Assembly (NCBI GenBank): GCA_038905915.1
Contig: JBCKHJ010000002.1
Coordinates: forward strand, 18,466 to 82,465
DNA length: 64,000 bases
Origin: Candidatus Planktophila sp.
GTDB taxonomy: Bacteria; Actinomycetota; Actinomycetes; Nanopelagicales; Nanopelagicaceae
Direction: 5' to 3'
Every line of letters begins with the position of its first letter. Position 1 is the first letter of the stretch. Under the pieces are notes generated by a model that saw only the letters and a program-made list of their open reading frames with translations, did no database searches and was not told where the DNA came from. Made by a program: the position numbers and the translations under genes. Positions 1 to 9,714 of the stretch are shown piece after piece.

Positions 1-51
1 CCAGAGCGGTTCCACGCTTCCGCCCACAGGCTTCTCACGAAGCCGTAGGGC

Positions 52-73
52 CGTCGGTGGGTCTCCGTACCTT
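52..73 (+). promoter_or_regulatory. RecA-NDp/PafBC-type promoter of recA (CGTCGGTG-N8-TACCTT)
   Basis: Matches the actinobacterial LexA-independent DNA-damage promoter TGTC(G/A)GTG-N8-TANNNT with one mismatch, ending 42 nt before the recA start. Confidence 0.7.
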
Positions 74-115
74 CTGGGCCAACTACCAACGTCATAGACG
101 TTTTATCGAAAGGAA

Positions 116-1204
116 ATGAAAGTGGCTACTGATAAATCAGATAACGCTGCAAAAAGAGCAACCACTGAGCGACAAAAAGCGCTCGACACCGCCCTTGCCC
201 AGATTGAACGTCAGTTTGGTAAAGGCGCGGTAATGAAGATGAGTGATCGCTCTGTTGCTCCTATTGAAGTTATTCCAACAGGTTCAATTGGTTTAGATAT
301 CGCACTTGGTATTGGCGGGTTGCCACGCGGTCGCATTGTTGAAATTTACGGCCCAGAATCTTCGGGTAAGACAACGCTTGCTTTGCATGCAATCGCAAAT
401 GCACAAAAAGCTGGCGGAATTTGTGCTTTCATCGATGCAGAGCACGCATTTGATGCAGAATATGCCAAGAAACTTGGCATTGATATTGATGCGCTCTTGG
501 TTTCCCAACCCGATACTGGCGAGCAAGCACTCGAGATTATGGATATGTTGATTCGCTCTGGCGCACTTGATTTAATTGTTGTTGACTCAGTTGCAGCTCT
601 TGTTCCACGTGCTGAAATTGAAGGCGAAATGGGCGATTCACATATGGGCTTGCAAGCACGCCTTATGTCACAAGCGCTTCGTAAAATTACTGGTGCGCTA
701 CACCAATCAAAGACAACTGCAATTTTCATTAACCAGTTGCGTGAAAAAATCGGTGTCTTCTTTGGTTCACCCGAAACAACAACGGGTGGGAAAGCACTTA
801 AATTTTATGCTTCAGTGCGGTTAGATATTCGCCGAATTGAAACGCTAAAAGATGGTCAAGAAGCCATTGGTAACCGCACACGCGTTAAAGTTGCTAAGAA
901 CAAGATGGCGCCACCATTTAAACAAGCCGAATTTGACATTATTTATGGCAAAGGTATTTCGCGCGAAGGCTCGCTCATTGATTTAGGTGTTGATGTTGGC
1001 ATCGTGAAGAAAGCTGGGGCTTGGTATACCTACGAAGCCGATCAATTGGGCCAAGGCAAGGAGAATGCACGCGCATTCCTGATCGATAATCCTGATTTGG
1101 CTAATGAGATTGAAACCAAGATTCGGGCACACTTTGCGCCAGTTGTAGTCGACGCTGAACTAGTAGCAGCAATCGATGAAGCAACTGCCGAGGTTGATTT
1201 TTAA
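116..1204 (+). CDS. recA: Recombinase A
   Basis: GPESSGKTT Walker [27 protein letters not shown]; SD GAAAGGA; no intein. Confidence 0.99.
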   Translation: MKVATDKSDNAAKRATTERQKALDTALAQIERQFGKGAVMKMSDRSVAPIEVIPTGSIGLDIALGIGGLPRGRIVEIYGPESSGKTTLALHAIANAQKAGGICAFIDAEHAFDAEYAKKLGIDIDALLVSQPDTGEQALEIMDMLIRSGALDLIVVDSVAALVPRAEIEGEMGDSHMGLQARLMSQALRKITGALHQSKTTAIFINQLREKIGVFFGSPETTTGGKALKFYASVRLDIRRIETLKDGQEAIGNRTRVKVAKNKMAPPFKQAEFDIIYGKGISREGSLIDLGVDVGIVKKAGAWYTYEADQLGQGKENARAFLIDNPDLANEIETKIRAHFAPVVVDAELVAAIDEATAEVDF

Positions 1205-1207
1205 TTA

Positions 1208-1702
1208 ATGCTTGAATATCTAAAAGTTGAGGGCGACCCTTACTCTGCGGCTTACACAATTGGGCTAAATGCCTTAGTTGCGCGAGCCAAGAGTAAGGGC
1301 GAACTCGCCGCTCACCTTAAAAAACGCGGTGTGGAAGATGATGTTGCCGCGGCCACCTTATTTCGCTTACAAGAGGCCGGCCTTATCAACGACGAAGAAT
1401 TTGCAAAGGCATGGACACAATCGCGCCATAGCGTCAAGAAGATTTCAAAGCGCGTTATTGCAAGTGAACTGCGCACTAGGGGAGTCGATCAAAAGAGTAT
1501 CGATGCCGCCCTTGATGAGATCGATGGCGAGAGTGAATACCGCACCGCTTTTGAATTAGCGATGCGCAAGTACAACACAATGTCGCGGTTGGAAAGTGAT
1601 GTGCAAATTCGGCGGATTCAATCCTTGTTACAGCGCAAAGGTTTTAGTTTCGCTGTTATTGGGCGAGTTTTAAAAGAACTTGGAATTGGCCGTGCGTACT
1701 AG
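1208..1702 (+). CDS. recX: Regulatory protein RecX
   Basis: Directly after recA; GLINDEEFA, ELRTRGV, LQRKGFS motifs. Confidence 0.93.
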   Translation: MLEYLKVEGDPYSAAYTIGLNALVARAKSKGELAAHLKKRGVEDDVAAATLFRLQEAGLINDEEFAKAWTQSRHSVKKISKRVIASELRTRGVDQKSIDAALDEIDGESEYRTAFELAMRKYNTMSRLESDVQIRRIQSLLQRKGFSFAVIGRVLKELGIGRAY

Positions 1703-2418
1703 TTTTTCTTAGAAATATATTCACTTAGCCGCTCGGCCGTTGCAACAACTGCAGCTGCATGGATACGACCTGGTTGGCGTCCTAGCCTTTCAATGGGCCC
1801 ACTAATACTTACAGCGGCAATGACTTTTCCATTTGGCCCGCGCACCGGGGCGCTGACTGATGCAACTCCTGCTTCGCGCTCTCCCACTGATTGGGCCCAG
1901 CCGCGACGTCTATCTGCAGATAATTGCGCGGCAGTAAAGCGCGCATTAGTTAAACCGCGATGAATTTTTTCGGAGTCTTCCCATGCAAGCAAAATTTGCG
2001 CAGCCGAACCCGCATGCATTGTTAGCGATGCACCAACGGGAACCGAATCGCGAAGACCAGATAAACGTTCGGCAACTGCAACACATATTCGAATATCGCC
2101 TTGTCGGCGGTATAATTGAGCACTCTCACCAGTTGCATCGCGCAATGCGGCAAGGGCAGGAGCTGCAGCGGCTAGTAAGCGATCCTCACCTGCGGCCGCG
2201 CCAAGTTCGGCTGGGCGAGTGCCCAAAATAAAACGCCCCGTTAGATCACGCGCAACAAGGCGATGAAATTCCAACGCAACAGCTAAACGGTGGGCAGTTG
2301 GGCGGGCAATTCCAGTGGCACTGACTAATTCTGCTAGTGAATGCGGGCCTGATTCGAGGGTATTTAAAATAGCTACGGCTTTATCTAATACGCCAACTCC
2401 GCTATTCTTTCTGTTCAC
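1699..2418 (-). CDS. IclR-family regulator (NdgR/LtbR-like) divergent from leuCD
   Basis: [10 protein letters not shown]-terminus, [13 protein letters not shown]; conserved position opposite leuC. Confidence 0.92.
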   Translation of the reverse strand: MNRKNSGVGVLDKAVAILNTLESGPHSLAELVSATGIARPTAHRLAVALEFHRLVARDLTGRFILGTRPAELGAAAGEDRLLAAAAPALAALRDATGESAQLYRRQGDIRICVAVAERLSGLRDSVPVGASLTMHAGSAAQILLAWEDSEKIHRGLTNARFTAAQLSADRRRGWAQSVGEREAGVASVSAPVRGPNGKVIAAVSISGPIERLGRQPGRIHAAAVVATAERLSEYISKKN

Positions 2419-2432
2419 AGGGTGATATTAGC

Positions 2433-2449
2433 ATCTCATTCTTTGGGAT
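2433..2449. promoter_or_regulatory. Probable IclR operator, imperfect palindrome ATCTCA-N5-TGGGAT
   Basis: Imperfect inverted repeat in the 53-bp iclR/leuC divergent spacer, next to the iclR -10 (TAATAT on the minus strand). Confidence 0.5.
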
Positions 2450-2471
2450 AGCAAATATCGGCACTAAGGAG

Positions 2472-3875
2472 ATGGCACGGGTAATGGGAAAAACTTTAGC
2501 GGAGAAGATTTGGGCAGAACATGTGGTGCGCGCAGTAGCTGGCGAACCCGATTTGCTCTATGTCGACCTACATTTAATTCACGAAGTAACTAGCCCGCAA
2601 GCCTTTGATGGCCTTCGCCAAAATGGGCGCAAAGTTCGCCGGACCGATTTAACTATTGCTACTGAAGACCACAACACTCCGACGCTAGATATTGATAAAC
2701 CAATTGCCGACCCGGTATCGAAATTACAGATAGATACTTTGCGCGCGAACTGTAAAGAATTTGGCGTTCGCCTGCATTCCCTCGGTGATGCCGAACAAGG
2801 AATTGTGCACGTAGTTGGCCCACAACTTGGTTTAACTCAACCAGGCATGACCATTGTCTGCGGAGATTCGCACACATCAACCCATGGTGCTTTCGGCGCG
2901 CTCGCTTTTGGTATTGGCACTAGCGAAGTTGAACATGTTTTAGCAACCCAGACTCTGCCACTTGCTCGGCCAAAAACCATGGCGATAAATGTTGAAGGAA
3001 AGTTAAAACCCGGCGTTACTTCTAAAGACATTATTTTGGCAATCATTGCAAAAATTGGTACAGGTGGCGGTCAAGGCTATGTTATTGAATATCGTGGCAG
3101 TACTATTCGCGAATTATCAATGGAGGCTAGAATGACAGTTTGCAATATGTCAATTGAAGCCGGTGCGCGCGCGGGTTTGATTGCACCTGACCAAATTACT
3201 TTTGATTACATCAAGGGCAAACCGCATGCTCCTGCGGATTTTGAAGGAGCCCTTGCTTATTGGTCAACGCTTTATACCGATGGCGATGCCAAATTCGATG
3301 TTGAAGTAAATCTTGATGCAGATGAATTAGAACCTTTTGTTACTTGGGGAACTAACCCAGGCCAAGGTCTGCCATTGAATGCAAACGTTCCAAATCCTGC
3401 AGAAATTAGCGATCCCGAAGCACGCGGGGCGGCCGAACGCGCCTTGGTTTATATGGGTCTAACTGCTGGCACACCCCTTAAAAAGATAGCCATTGACACT
3501 GTTTTCTTGGGTTCTTGCACAAATGGGCGAATCGAAGATTTGCGATCGGCTGCAACAATTTTAAGGGGTAAGAAAATTGCAACAACGCTTCGTATGTTAG
3601 TTGTGCCAGGTTCTGCCCGTGTTCGATTGCAAGCAGAGCAAGAAGGTTTAGATAAAGTATTTATCGATGCTGGCGCCGAATGGCGAAATGCGGGATGTTC
3701 GATGTGTCTTGGCATGAACCCTGACCAGTTAAGTATTGGCGAGCGTTCGGCATCGACAAGTAATAGAAACTTTGAAGGTCGCCAAGGTAAAGGCGGGCGT
3801 ACACATTTGGTCAGTCCGCTAGTTGCAGCAGCAACGGCCATTCGCGGCACACTTTCAGCACCGAGTGATTTGTAA
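2472..3875 (+). CDS. leuC: 3-isopropylmalate dehydratase large subunit (start may be ATG 2484)
   Basis: [47 protein letters not shown]. Confidence 0.99.
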   Translation: MARVMGKTLAEKIWAEHVVRAVAGEPDLLYVDLHLIHEVTSPQAFDGLRQNGRKVRRTDLTIATEDHNTPTLDIDKPIADPVSKLQIDTLRANCKEFGVRLHSLGDAEQGIVHVVGPQLGLTQPGMTIVCGDSHTSTHGAFGALAFGIGTSEVEHVLATQTLPLARPKTMAINVEGKLKPGVTSKDIILAIIAKIGTGGGQGYVIEYRGSTIRELSMEARMTVCNMSIEAGARAGLIAPDQITFDYIKGKPHAPADFEGALAYWSTLYTDGDAKFDVEVNLDADELEPFVTWGTNPGQGLPLNANVPNPAEISDPEARGAAERALVYMGLTAGTPLKKIAIDTVFLGSCTNGRIEDLRSAATILRGKKIATTLRMLVVPGSARVRLQAEQEGLDKVFIDAGAEWRNAGCSMCLGMNPDQLSIGERSASTSNRNFEGRQGKGGRTHLVSPLVAAATAIRGTLSAPSDL

Positions 3876-3887
3876 GGGGCGGTAGCC

Positions 3888-4487
3888 ATGGAAAAATTTA
3901 TTAAGCACACAGGTACCGGCGTTCCGCTTCGTCGCAGCAATGTTGATACCGATCAAATAATTCCCGCCGTATATTTAAAACGCGTTACCCGCAGTGGTTT
4001 TGAAGATGGTTTATTTTCAGCATGGCGCAGTGACCCAGAATTTGTGCTAAATAAAGCGCAATATAAAAGCGGCACCGTCTTAGTTGCAGGCGTTGATTTC
4101 GGAACTGGCTCATCGCGCGAACATGCAGTATGGGCGCTACAAAATTATGGTTTCAAAGCCGTTATTTCTAGCCGTTTTGCCGATATATTCCGCGGCAATT
4201 CACTCAAAGGTGGTTTGCTTACCGTCATTTTGGAACAAAGTGATGTGGAAGCGATTTGGGAGGCAATTGAGGCTGATCCAACAACTAGCATCACGGTAGA
4301 TCTTCAAACACGCACGCTTTCCTATGCCGGCGTGAGTTTGCCATTTGCTATCGATGATTACACCCGTTGGCGTTTGATGGAAGGTTTAGATGACATTGGT
4401 TTAACCTTGAAACATACTGATTCCATCGACGAATTTGAAGCCAAAGACGCCGCTTTTAAACCAAAGACGCTGCCAATCAAGGCTTAG
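3888..4487 (+). CDS. leuD: 3-isopropylmalate dehydratase small subunit
   Basis: [24 protein letters not shown]. Confidence 0.99.
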   Translation: MEKFIKHTGTGVPLRRSNVDTDQIIPAVYLKRVTRSGFEDGLFSAWRSDPEFVLNKAQYKSGTVLVAGVDFGTGSSREHAVWALQNYGFKAVISSRFADIFRGNSLKGGLLTVILEQSDVEAIWEAIEADPTTSITVDLQTRTLSYAGVSLPFAIDDYTRWRLMEGLDDIGLTLKHTDSIDEFEAKDAAFKPKTLPIKA

Positions 4488-4719
4488 CCTTTAAAACAAG
4501 GGTAAATCAAGCTTTTTGCTAAATGTAAAACTGTTGCAAAAAACTCTCAACCAATAATCTAGAGTTTTATACGCATAAATACTGCATTTTTTGCTAAGAA
4601 AAGAATTATTTTTTATTACGACACACCTGCCTTAATAACACCGTCACAGCGCTAATGCGCGTAAGTTTCTAACTGAGTTAAGTGAGTGCTTAACTATTAC
4701 GCGTAATAAGGGGAATTCA

Positions 4720-5208
4720 ATGAATAAGGCCCAATTCATTGCGGCGTTGGCTCCACACTTCAACGGCAGCAAGAAGGAAGCAGCTCACGCTGTAGATATC
4801 GTTTTTGACACAGTTATACGTTCACTTCACAAGGGTGAAGATGTAATGATCAACGATTTCGGTAAGTTTAAGAAAGTAGATCGCAAAGCACGTATGGGTC
4901 GCAACCCATTTACTGGAGAAACAATCAAGATTAAGGCTTCGAAGAAGATTCGCTTCCTTCCTGCAAAGGGATTAAAGGAAGTTATCGCTGGTATTCGCAA
5001 ATTAAAAGCAGCGCCAAAGCCAGTACCAAAGGCAAAGCCGGTTGTTAAGAAGGTTGTTAAGAAGGTTGTTAAGAAGGTTGTTAAGAAGGTTGTTAAGCGG
5101 GCTCCGGCAAAGGGTAAAGCCGCTGGAAAGAAGGCGGCAGCTCCAAAGCAAGCAGCTCCAAAGCAAGCAGTTCCAAAGCAAGTAGCTCAGAAAGCTAAAA
5201 AGCTTTAA
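4720..5208 (+). CDS. hup: HU-family DNA-binding protein with Lys/Ala/Pro-rich tail (HupB-like)
   Basis: MNKAQFI...FGKF...RKARMGRNPFTGETIKI; basic low-complexity C-terminus. Confidence 0.93.
   Translation: MNKAQFIAALAPHFNGSKKEAAHAVDIVFDTVIRSLHKGEDVMINDFGKFKKVDRKARMGRNPFTGETIKIKASKKIRFLPAKGLKEVIAGIRKLKAAPKPVPKAKPVVKKVVKKVVKKVVKKVVKRAPAKGKAAGKKAAAPKQAAPKQAVPKQVAQKAKKL
5041..5097 (+). repeat. Perfect 12-bp tandem repeat GTTGTTAAGAAG (4 copies plus 9 nt) encoding VVKK
   Basis: Directly visible inside hup. Confidence 0.95.
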
Positions 5209-5216
5209 TTCTTTTT

Positions 5217-5268
5217 AACCATTAAAAAAGCGGGGTCAGGTAAATTTGGCCCCGCTTTTTTAATGGTT
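5217..5268 (+). terminator. Intrinsic terminator after hup
   Basis: AACCATTAAAAAAGCGGGGTCAGG-TAAA-TTTGGCCCCGCTTTTTTAATGGTT long stem with T tract. Confidence 0.9.
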
Positions 5269-5297
5269 TTGTTATTAATTTGAGTAATATTGCACTT

Positions 5298-6077
5298 ATG
5301 GTGGAACTAAAGATTTCTTACGCGCCACCGACTGGAAAACCACTTGGCACTAATTTAACTTTTAAAATCGGTGCGGCTATCGTTATTCCAATATTAAACG
5401 CTATTACTAAGCGCGATTGGCAAGGGGCCGAAAATATTCCAAAGACTGGGGCGGTAATTGTTGCCAGTAATCACACTTCTTATATCGATGTTTTATTTTT
5501 TGCGCAATTTTTATTTAGGAATGGACGAGCGCCGCGGTATTTAGGTAAAGCCTCAATTTTTCACATTCCAATTATTGGCAAGATTTTGTTATCGGCTGGG
5601 CAAATTCCAGTAGAGCGCGAAAGCGCGAATGCGAGCAAAGCGGTCGACCACGCAGTTGCAATTTTAAAAGCGGGCCACATGCTCGGTGTTTATCCCGAAG
5701 GTACTCTGACTCGCGACCGCGATCATTGGCCTATGGTTGCTAAAACCGGTTTGGCTCGATTGGCGATTATTACGAAAACCCCCGTGATACCCGTTGCGCA
5801 ATGGGGAAATCAGATAGTCATGCCAACTTATGGCAAGACAATTAAATTATTTCCACGCACGCAAATACATGTACATGCGGGCCATGCCCTAGATTTATCG
5901 CCATGGTATGGACGCGAGAACGACCTAATGGCCTTAGATGAAGCCACTGCCTTTGTGATGGCTGCTATTACTAAATTGCTTGAAGAAATCCGCGGGCAAA
6001 AACGACCTGCGCAAATTTTTGACCCGCATAACTCTGATTTGCCGCGAATTGGCAATTTTAAGAAGAGGCGACGATGA
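5298..6077 (+). CDS. Lysophospholipid acyltransferase (PlsC family)
   Basis: NHTSYID and YPEGT motifs; start moved to ATG 5298, 7 nt after TAATAT. Confidence 0.9.
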   Translation: MVELKISYAPPTGKPLGTNLTFKIGAAIVIPILNAITKRDWQGAENIPKTGAVIVASNHTSYIDVLFFAQFLFRNGRAPRYLGKASIFHIPIIGKILLSAGQIPVERESANASKAVDHAVAILKAGHMLGVYPEGTLTRDRDHWPMVAKTGLARLAIITKTPVIPVAQWGNQIVMPTYGKTIKLFPRTQIHVHAGHALDLSPWYGRENDLMALDEATAFVMAAITKLLEEIRGQKRPAQIFDPHNSDLPRIGNFKKRRR

Positions 6078-7075
6078 AAAAAGTCAGCGTTATCGGCGCT
6101 GGTTCGTGGGGCACGACCGTGTCTCAAATTTTATGCGATAGCGGCAACGATGTACTTATGTGGGGGCGCGATGAGAGCGTTGTTGATGAAGTAAATACCA
6201 AACATACCAATAGTAAATATTTGGGAAGCGCTCTGCTGCCAAAGAACTTGAAGGCAACTGCTGATATTAAAGCGGCCTTGGCTCATTCTAATTATTGCGT
6301 CTTGGCAATTCCTGTCCAATCTTTGCGGCAAAGACTCATTGAGTGGAAACCACTCTTAAATCAAAATTCCATATATATCAGCACGCTAAAAGGCATTGAA
6401 CTACAATCATTAATGCGTATGTCTGAAGTAATTGGTGAAGTAACGGGAAATCAAAAAATTGCAGTACTTACCGGCCCTAATTTATCGAGTGAATTAATCT
6501 TGCGCCAACCTGCCGGCGCAGTTGCGGCATCATCATCATTAGCCTTAGCCGAAGATATTCAAAAATTATTTTCGACCCCTTATTACCGTGTCTATACATC
6601 TATCGATGTGCTAGGTTGCGAATTAGCAGGGGCGATTAAAAGTGTTATCGCACTAGCCGTTGGAATTTCAATCGGAATGAATTTTGGCGAAAATACTCAA
6701 GCCATGTTAATCACTCGTGGATTAAATGAAGTTGCACGTCTATGCGCAGCCCATGGCGCAGATCCGCTAAGCGCGGCAGGGCTAGCTGGTATGGGAGACT
6801 TGGTGGCAAGTTGTGGTTCGCCACTTTCGCGTAATCGCACTTTTGGTGAAGAGTTAGGCCGGAGCGGTTCAATGGATTATGCGAGCAGCAAGGTTGCAAC
6901 AACGGTTGAAGGCGTAGCCTCTTCCAGTGCAGTCGTTGAAATGGCACATCGAGTTGGAGTGGAGGTTCCAGTCATTGAAGCAGTAGCCGACATTGTTGCT
7001 GGAAATATCACACCTGCCGACGCCCTTGCGCGTTTGATGAAGATTTCTACAACTTCTGAGAATTTTATTGAATGA
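6074..7075 (+). CDS. gpsA: NAD(P)H-dependent glycerol-3-phosphate dehydrogenase
   Basis: GAGSWGT, GLAGMGDLVASC, SRNRTFG. Confidence 0.97.
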   Translation: MKKVSVIGAGSWGTTVSQILCDSGNDVLMWGRDESVVDEVNTKHTNSKYLGSALLPKNLKATADIKAALAHSNYCVLAIPVQSLRQRLIEWKPLLNQNSIYISTLKGIELQSLMRMSEVIGEVTGNQKIAVLTGPNLSSELILRQPAGAVAASSSLALAEDIQKLFSTPYYRVYTSIDVLGCELAGAIKSVIALAVGISIGMNFGENTQAMLITRGLNEVARLCAAHGADPLSAAGLAGMGDLVASCGSPLSRNRTFGEELGRSGSMDYASSKVATTVEGVASSSAVVEMAHRVGVEVPVIEAVADIVAGNITPADALARLMKISTTSENFIE

Positions 7076-8142
7076 GTAAAAAAACAATCGCCATTATTTG
7101 TGGCGGACGCAGCAGCGAACATGAGATTTCTTGTATTTCAGCAGGTGGAATTCGCTTTGGCATCGATAGCGCCAAATATGATTTTGTCTTAATCGGCATC
7201 ACCAAAGTAGGTAAGTGGGTTCAACTACCTAACGATTATTCTCTATCGATTACAAATGGAAAGCTTCCAACCGTCGATTCGAACGCTCCACAAGTGGTCG
7301 CCGATATTTCAGGTTTAAGTGTTAATGGGAAAAACTTAAATGTAGATATTGTGTTTCCAATTCTGCATGGCCCATATGGCGAAGATGGAACAATTCAGGG
7401 CTTTTGCGAAATGGCTAATTTGCCCTATGTTGGAAGCGGAGTTTTAGCATCGGCTGTTGCGATGGATAAATCTTTTGCCAAACCAATTTTTGCCGCCGCC
7501 GGGATGAAGGTAGTGCCAGGCTTTGTAATAACTCGCGAAGAATGGGCGGTATCAAAAGAAGTATTACATAAAAAAGTTGATGGCCTCGGCTATCCGCTCT
7601 TTGTAAAACCTGCACGCGGGGGTTCAAGTCACGGAACGCATAAAGTAAAGGGTGCCAGTGATTTTGCAGCAGCAATTGGCGATACTCATACCTATGATCG
7701 CAAAGCGATGATTGAAGTAGCTATTACAACTAAAGAATTAGAGTGCGCAGTTTTAGAAGTAAATGGCGAAGTTCGGGCATCGCTTGTTGGAGAGATAAAG
7801 ATAGATAGCAGATTTGAATTTTATGATTTTGAAGCTAAGTACCTAGATGGCGCAACAAGTATCGAATTGCCTGCGCAAATTCCTTCAGCAATTAGTGAAG
7901 AAATTCGCACCAAAGCAGTGCAAGCATTTAAGGCCCTTGGCTGTAGCGGATTGGCCCGCGTGGATTTCTTTTATTGCGATAAAGGCGAAGTTTTTATCAA
8001 TGAACTCAACACTATGCCGGGTTTTACAACCACATCAGCGTTTCCAAAAATGTGGTCAGCTAGCGGTATGGAATTTGACGTGATTATTGAAGCCTTACTT
8101 GTTAGTGCGCTAACTCGAAATAATGGCGTCTTAGGAAATTAA
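7072..8142 (+). CDS. ddl: D-alanine--D-alanine ligase
   Basis: GGRSSEHEIS, LHGPYGEDGTIQG, NELNTMPGFT. Confidence 0.97.
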   Translation: MSKKTIAIICGGRSSEHEISCISAGGIRFGIDSAKYDFVLIGITKVGKWVQLPNDYSLSITNGKLPTVDSNAPQVVADISGLSVNGKNLNVDIVFPILHGPYGEDGTIQGFCEMANLPYVGSGVLASAVAMDKSFAKPIFAAAGMKVVPGFVITREEWAVSKEVLHKKVDGLGYPLFVKPARGGSSHGTHKVKGASDFAAAIGDTHTYDRKAMIEVAITTKELECAVLEVNGEVRASLVGEIKIDSRFEFYDFEAKYLDGATSIELPAQIPSAISEEIRTKAVQAFKALGCSGLARVDFFYCDKGEVFINELNTMPGFTTTSAFPKMWSASGMEFDVIIEALLVSALTRNNGVLGN

Positions 8143-8144
8143 AG

Positions 8145-9383
8145 TTATTTCTTTTTCCATCCTGACGGACATTTTGGTGCGGTCCCGCTCACTTTTTTAA
8201 TTAACTTACCTTTAGTGCAGGTTATGGTTGTTTTTTTCTTTGCTGCTACGGCTTTATCTGCCACTGCCTTAGCATCTGCCACTGCCTTAGCATCTGCCAC
8301 TGCCTTAGCATCTGCCACTGCCTTGTCTGCGGCTGCTTTGTCTGCCACTGCCTTGTCTGCCACTGCCTTGTCTGCGGCTGCTTTGTCTGCCACTGCCTTG
8401 TCTGCGGCTGCTTTGTCTGCGGCTGCCTTGTCTGCGGCTGCTTTGTCTGCGGCTGTACTTGGTGCGGGGGACCATGAAAGAGTTGCGCGCTTGATGGTGT
8501 AAGTGCGGTTTACTGTTTTGCCGGGGGCTGCTGAAGCGTAATAAATTCGCCAAGTATTGCTTGAGACTTCGTAACCCGTTGGATCAAGCGCGGATTCACT
8601 ACTGGAAGAAATGGGTGAAGATGAAACCTGCCATGTTAAGCCGTCGCTGGATGTGGCTATGTAGAGGAATTGTGTTCCCGCTTCTGGTCCAGTTGAAACG
8701 ATCATCACCCAGTCATTATCTTGTGCGCGTAGAATTTTAGAATCTACAAAACCACCAGTTAATCTAAAACCTGCGTCGCGAATAAAAGTATTGGCACTGG
8801 CATCGGTTGATGTTGCACTAGCAAGTGCTTCTAGCAAATTCGGCTTACCAGTTGCTTGATCTTTAATAACCCAATAGACACGCACTCGGCCATCTGGAAG
8901 AACTACTGCATCTGGAACTCCCCATGCCGTTTCCGCACTTGAAACATCCGAACCTGCAACACCTATCGAAGTTGCAGAGCCGTGCGAGAGTCCATTTGCC
9001 CCAAGAGTTGCAAATTGAATTGATTTTCCAGATGATGGGCTCATATTTACCATAAAAAGCCTTCTAGTTCCATCTTTTAACGTGACGATTGTTGCATCCG
9101 GATTAAATCGCGAAGATAAAGTCTGACGTGTGCAAGAACCGCTATCAGTGCAATCAACAACCATAATCGGATCTGGAAGCGCTAAAGGTGATGCAAAATA
9201 AAGTCTGTCTAGACCACTTGAAAGTTTTTCAACGTAAGGGCTAACTCCGGATAATCCCAAATTCACATTATCGGTGGTAAATGTCCAAGTGACTCCAGAA
9301 AGTGGAGCAGCGCTTGTGTTGGAAACAGGAGTCAGAAAAAAAATAAATAAGGTGAAACTGAGAAAAACACTAAATTTACGCAT
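8145..9383 (-). CDS. Secreted protein: putative five-bladed beta-propeller, ADKAA-repeat stalk, C-terminal two-Cys basic motif
   Basis: Signal peptide MRKFSVFLSFTLFIFFLTPVSNTSA from ATG 9383; five P/D-x-x-V...R-x-Y/F blade-like segments; Asp-box-like ATSSDGLTW. Confidence 0.75.
   Translation of the reverse strand: MRKFSVFLSFTLFIFFLTPVSNTSAAPLSGVTWTFTTDNVNLGLSGVSPYVEKLSSGLDRLYFASPLALPDPIMVVDCTDSGSCTRQTLSSRFNPDATIVTLKDGTRRLFMVNMSPSSGKSIQFATLGANGLSHGSATSIGVAGSDVSSAETAWGVPDAVVLPDGRVRVYWVIKDQATGKPNLLEALASATSTDASANTFIRDAGFRLTGGFVDSKILRAQDNDWVMIVSTGPEAGTQFLYIATSSDGLTWQVSSSPISSSSESALDPTGYEVSSNTWRIYYASAAPGKTVNRTYTIKRATLSWSPAPSTAADKAAADKAAADKAAADKAVADKAAADKAVADKAVADKAAADKAVADAKAVADAKAVADAKAVADKAVAAKKKTTITCTKGKLIKKVSGTAPKCPSGWKKK
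8250..8456 (-). repeat. Tandem 15-bp (ADKAA/ADKAV) and 18-bp (ADAKAV) coding repeats
   Basis: Near-perfect TCTGCGGCTGC(C/T)TTG and TCTGCCACTGCCTTAGCA units on the + strand. Confidence 0.95.
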
Positions 9384-9394
9384 ACTAATAATAT

Positions 9395-9628
9395 CTAATA
9401 AGTAACTGGGCAAGTCAGGGTTCTTGTAATTCCTGCAACGCCTTGTACTTTAGATAAAATTACGCGCGCGAATTCTTCCATGCTGGGAGCTTCTGCGCGC
9501 ATGATTACGTCATAAGGTCCGGTGACGCCTTCGGCAAGAGTTACACCTGCAATTGCGGTGACCGCTTTTGCAACACTCGATGCTTTCCCGACCTCGGTCT
9601 GAATTAAAATATAGGCCTGCATTGACAT
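9395..9628 (-). CDS. Lrp/AsnC ligand-binding domain protein
   Basis: QAYILIQTEVGKA...VTGPYDVI...GITRTLTCPV; usual neighbour of thiL. Confidence 0.9.
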   Translation of the reverse strand: MSMQAYILIQTEVGKASSVAKAVTAIAGVTLAEGVTGPYDVIMRAEAPSMEEFARVILSKVQGVAGITRTLTCPVTY

Positions 9629-9714
9629 GGTATTTCCTTTCGTTTATAGCTAGAGGCTACCGCAGAAGTGGTTGAACTCTCTAGTGGTCTAAATTTTCTA
9701 ATAGGCTGGCGCGC

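Noticed and set aside
21-51. Hairpin GCCC..GGCTTC-TCAC-GAAGCC..GGGC upstream of recA
   Set aside because: At the window edge with no upstream context; I cannot tell a terminator from an operator or chance.
4488-4719. AT-rich gap as a possible tRNA, ncRNA or origin
   Set aside because: No cloverleaf, stable structure or DnaA-box cluster; consistent with the hup promoter region.
8250-8456. Possible CRISPR array
   Set aside because: Units are contiguous, in frame and coding, with no unique spacers.
8215-8553. ORFs 8215..8502 (+) and 8305..8553 (-) with ALSAA or QSSRR repeats
   Set aside because: Antisense and alternate-frame shadows of the ADKAA repeat region.
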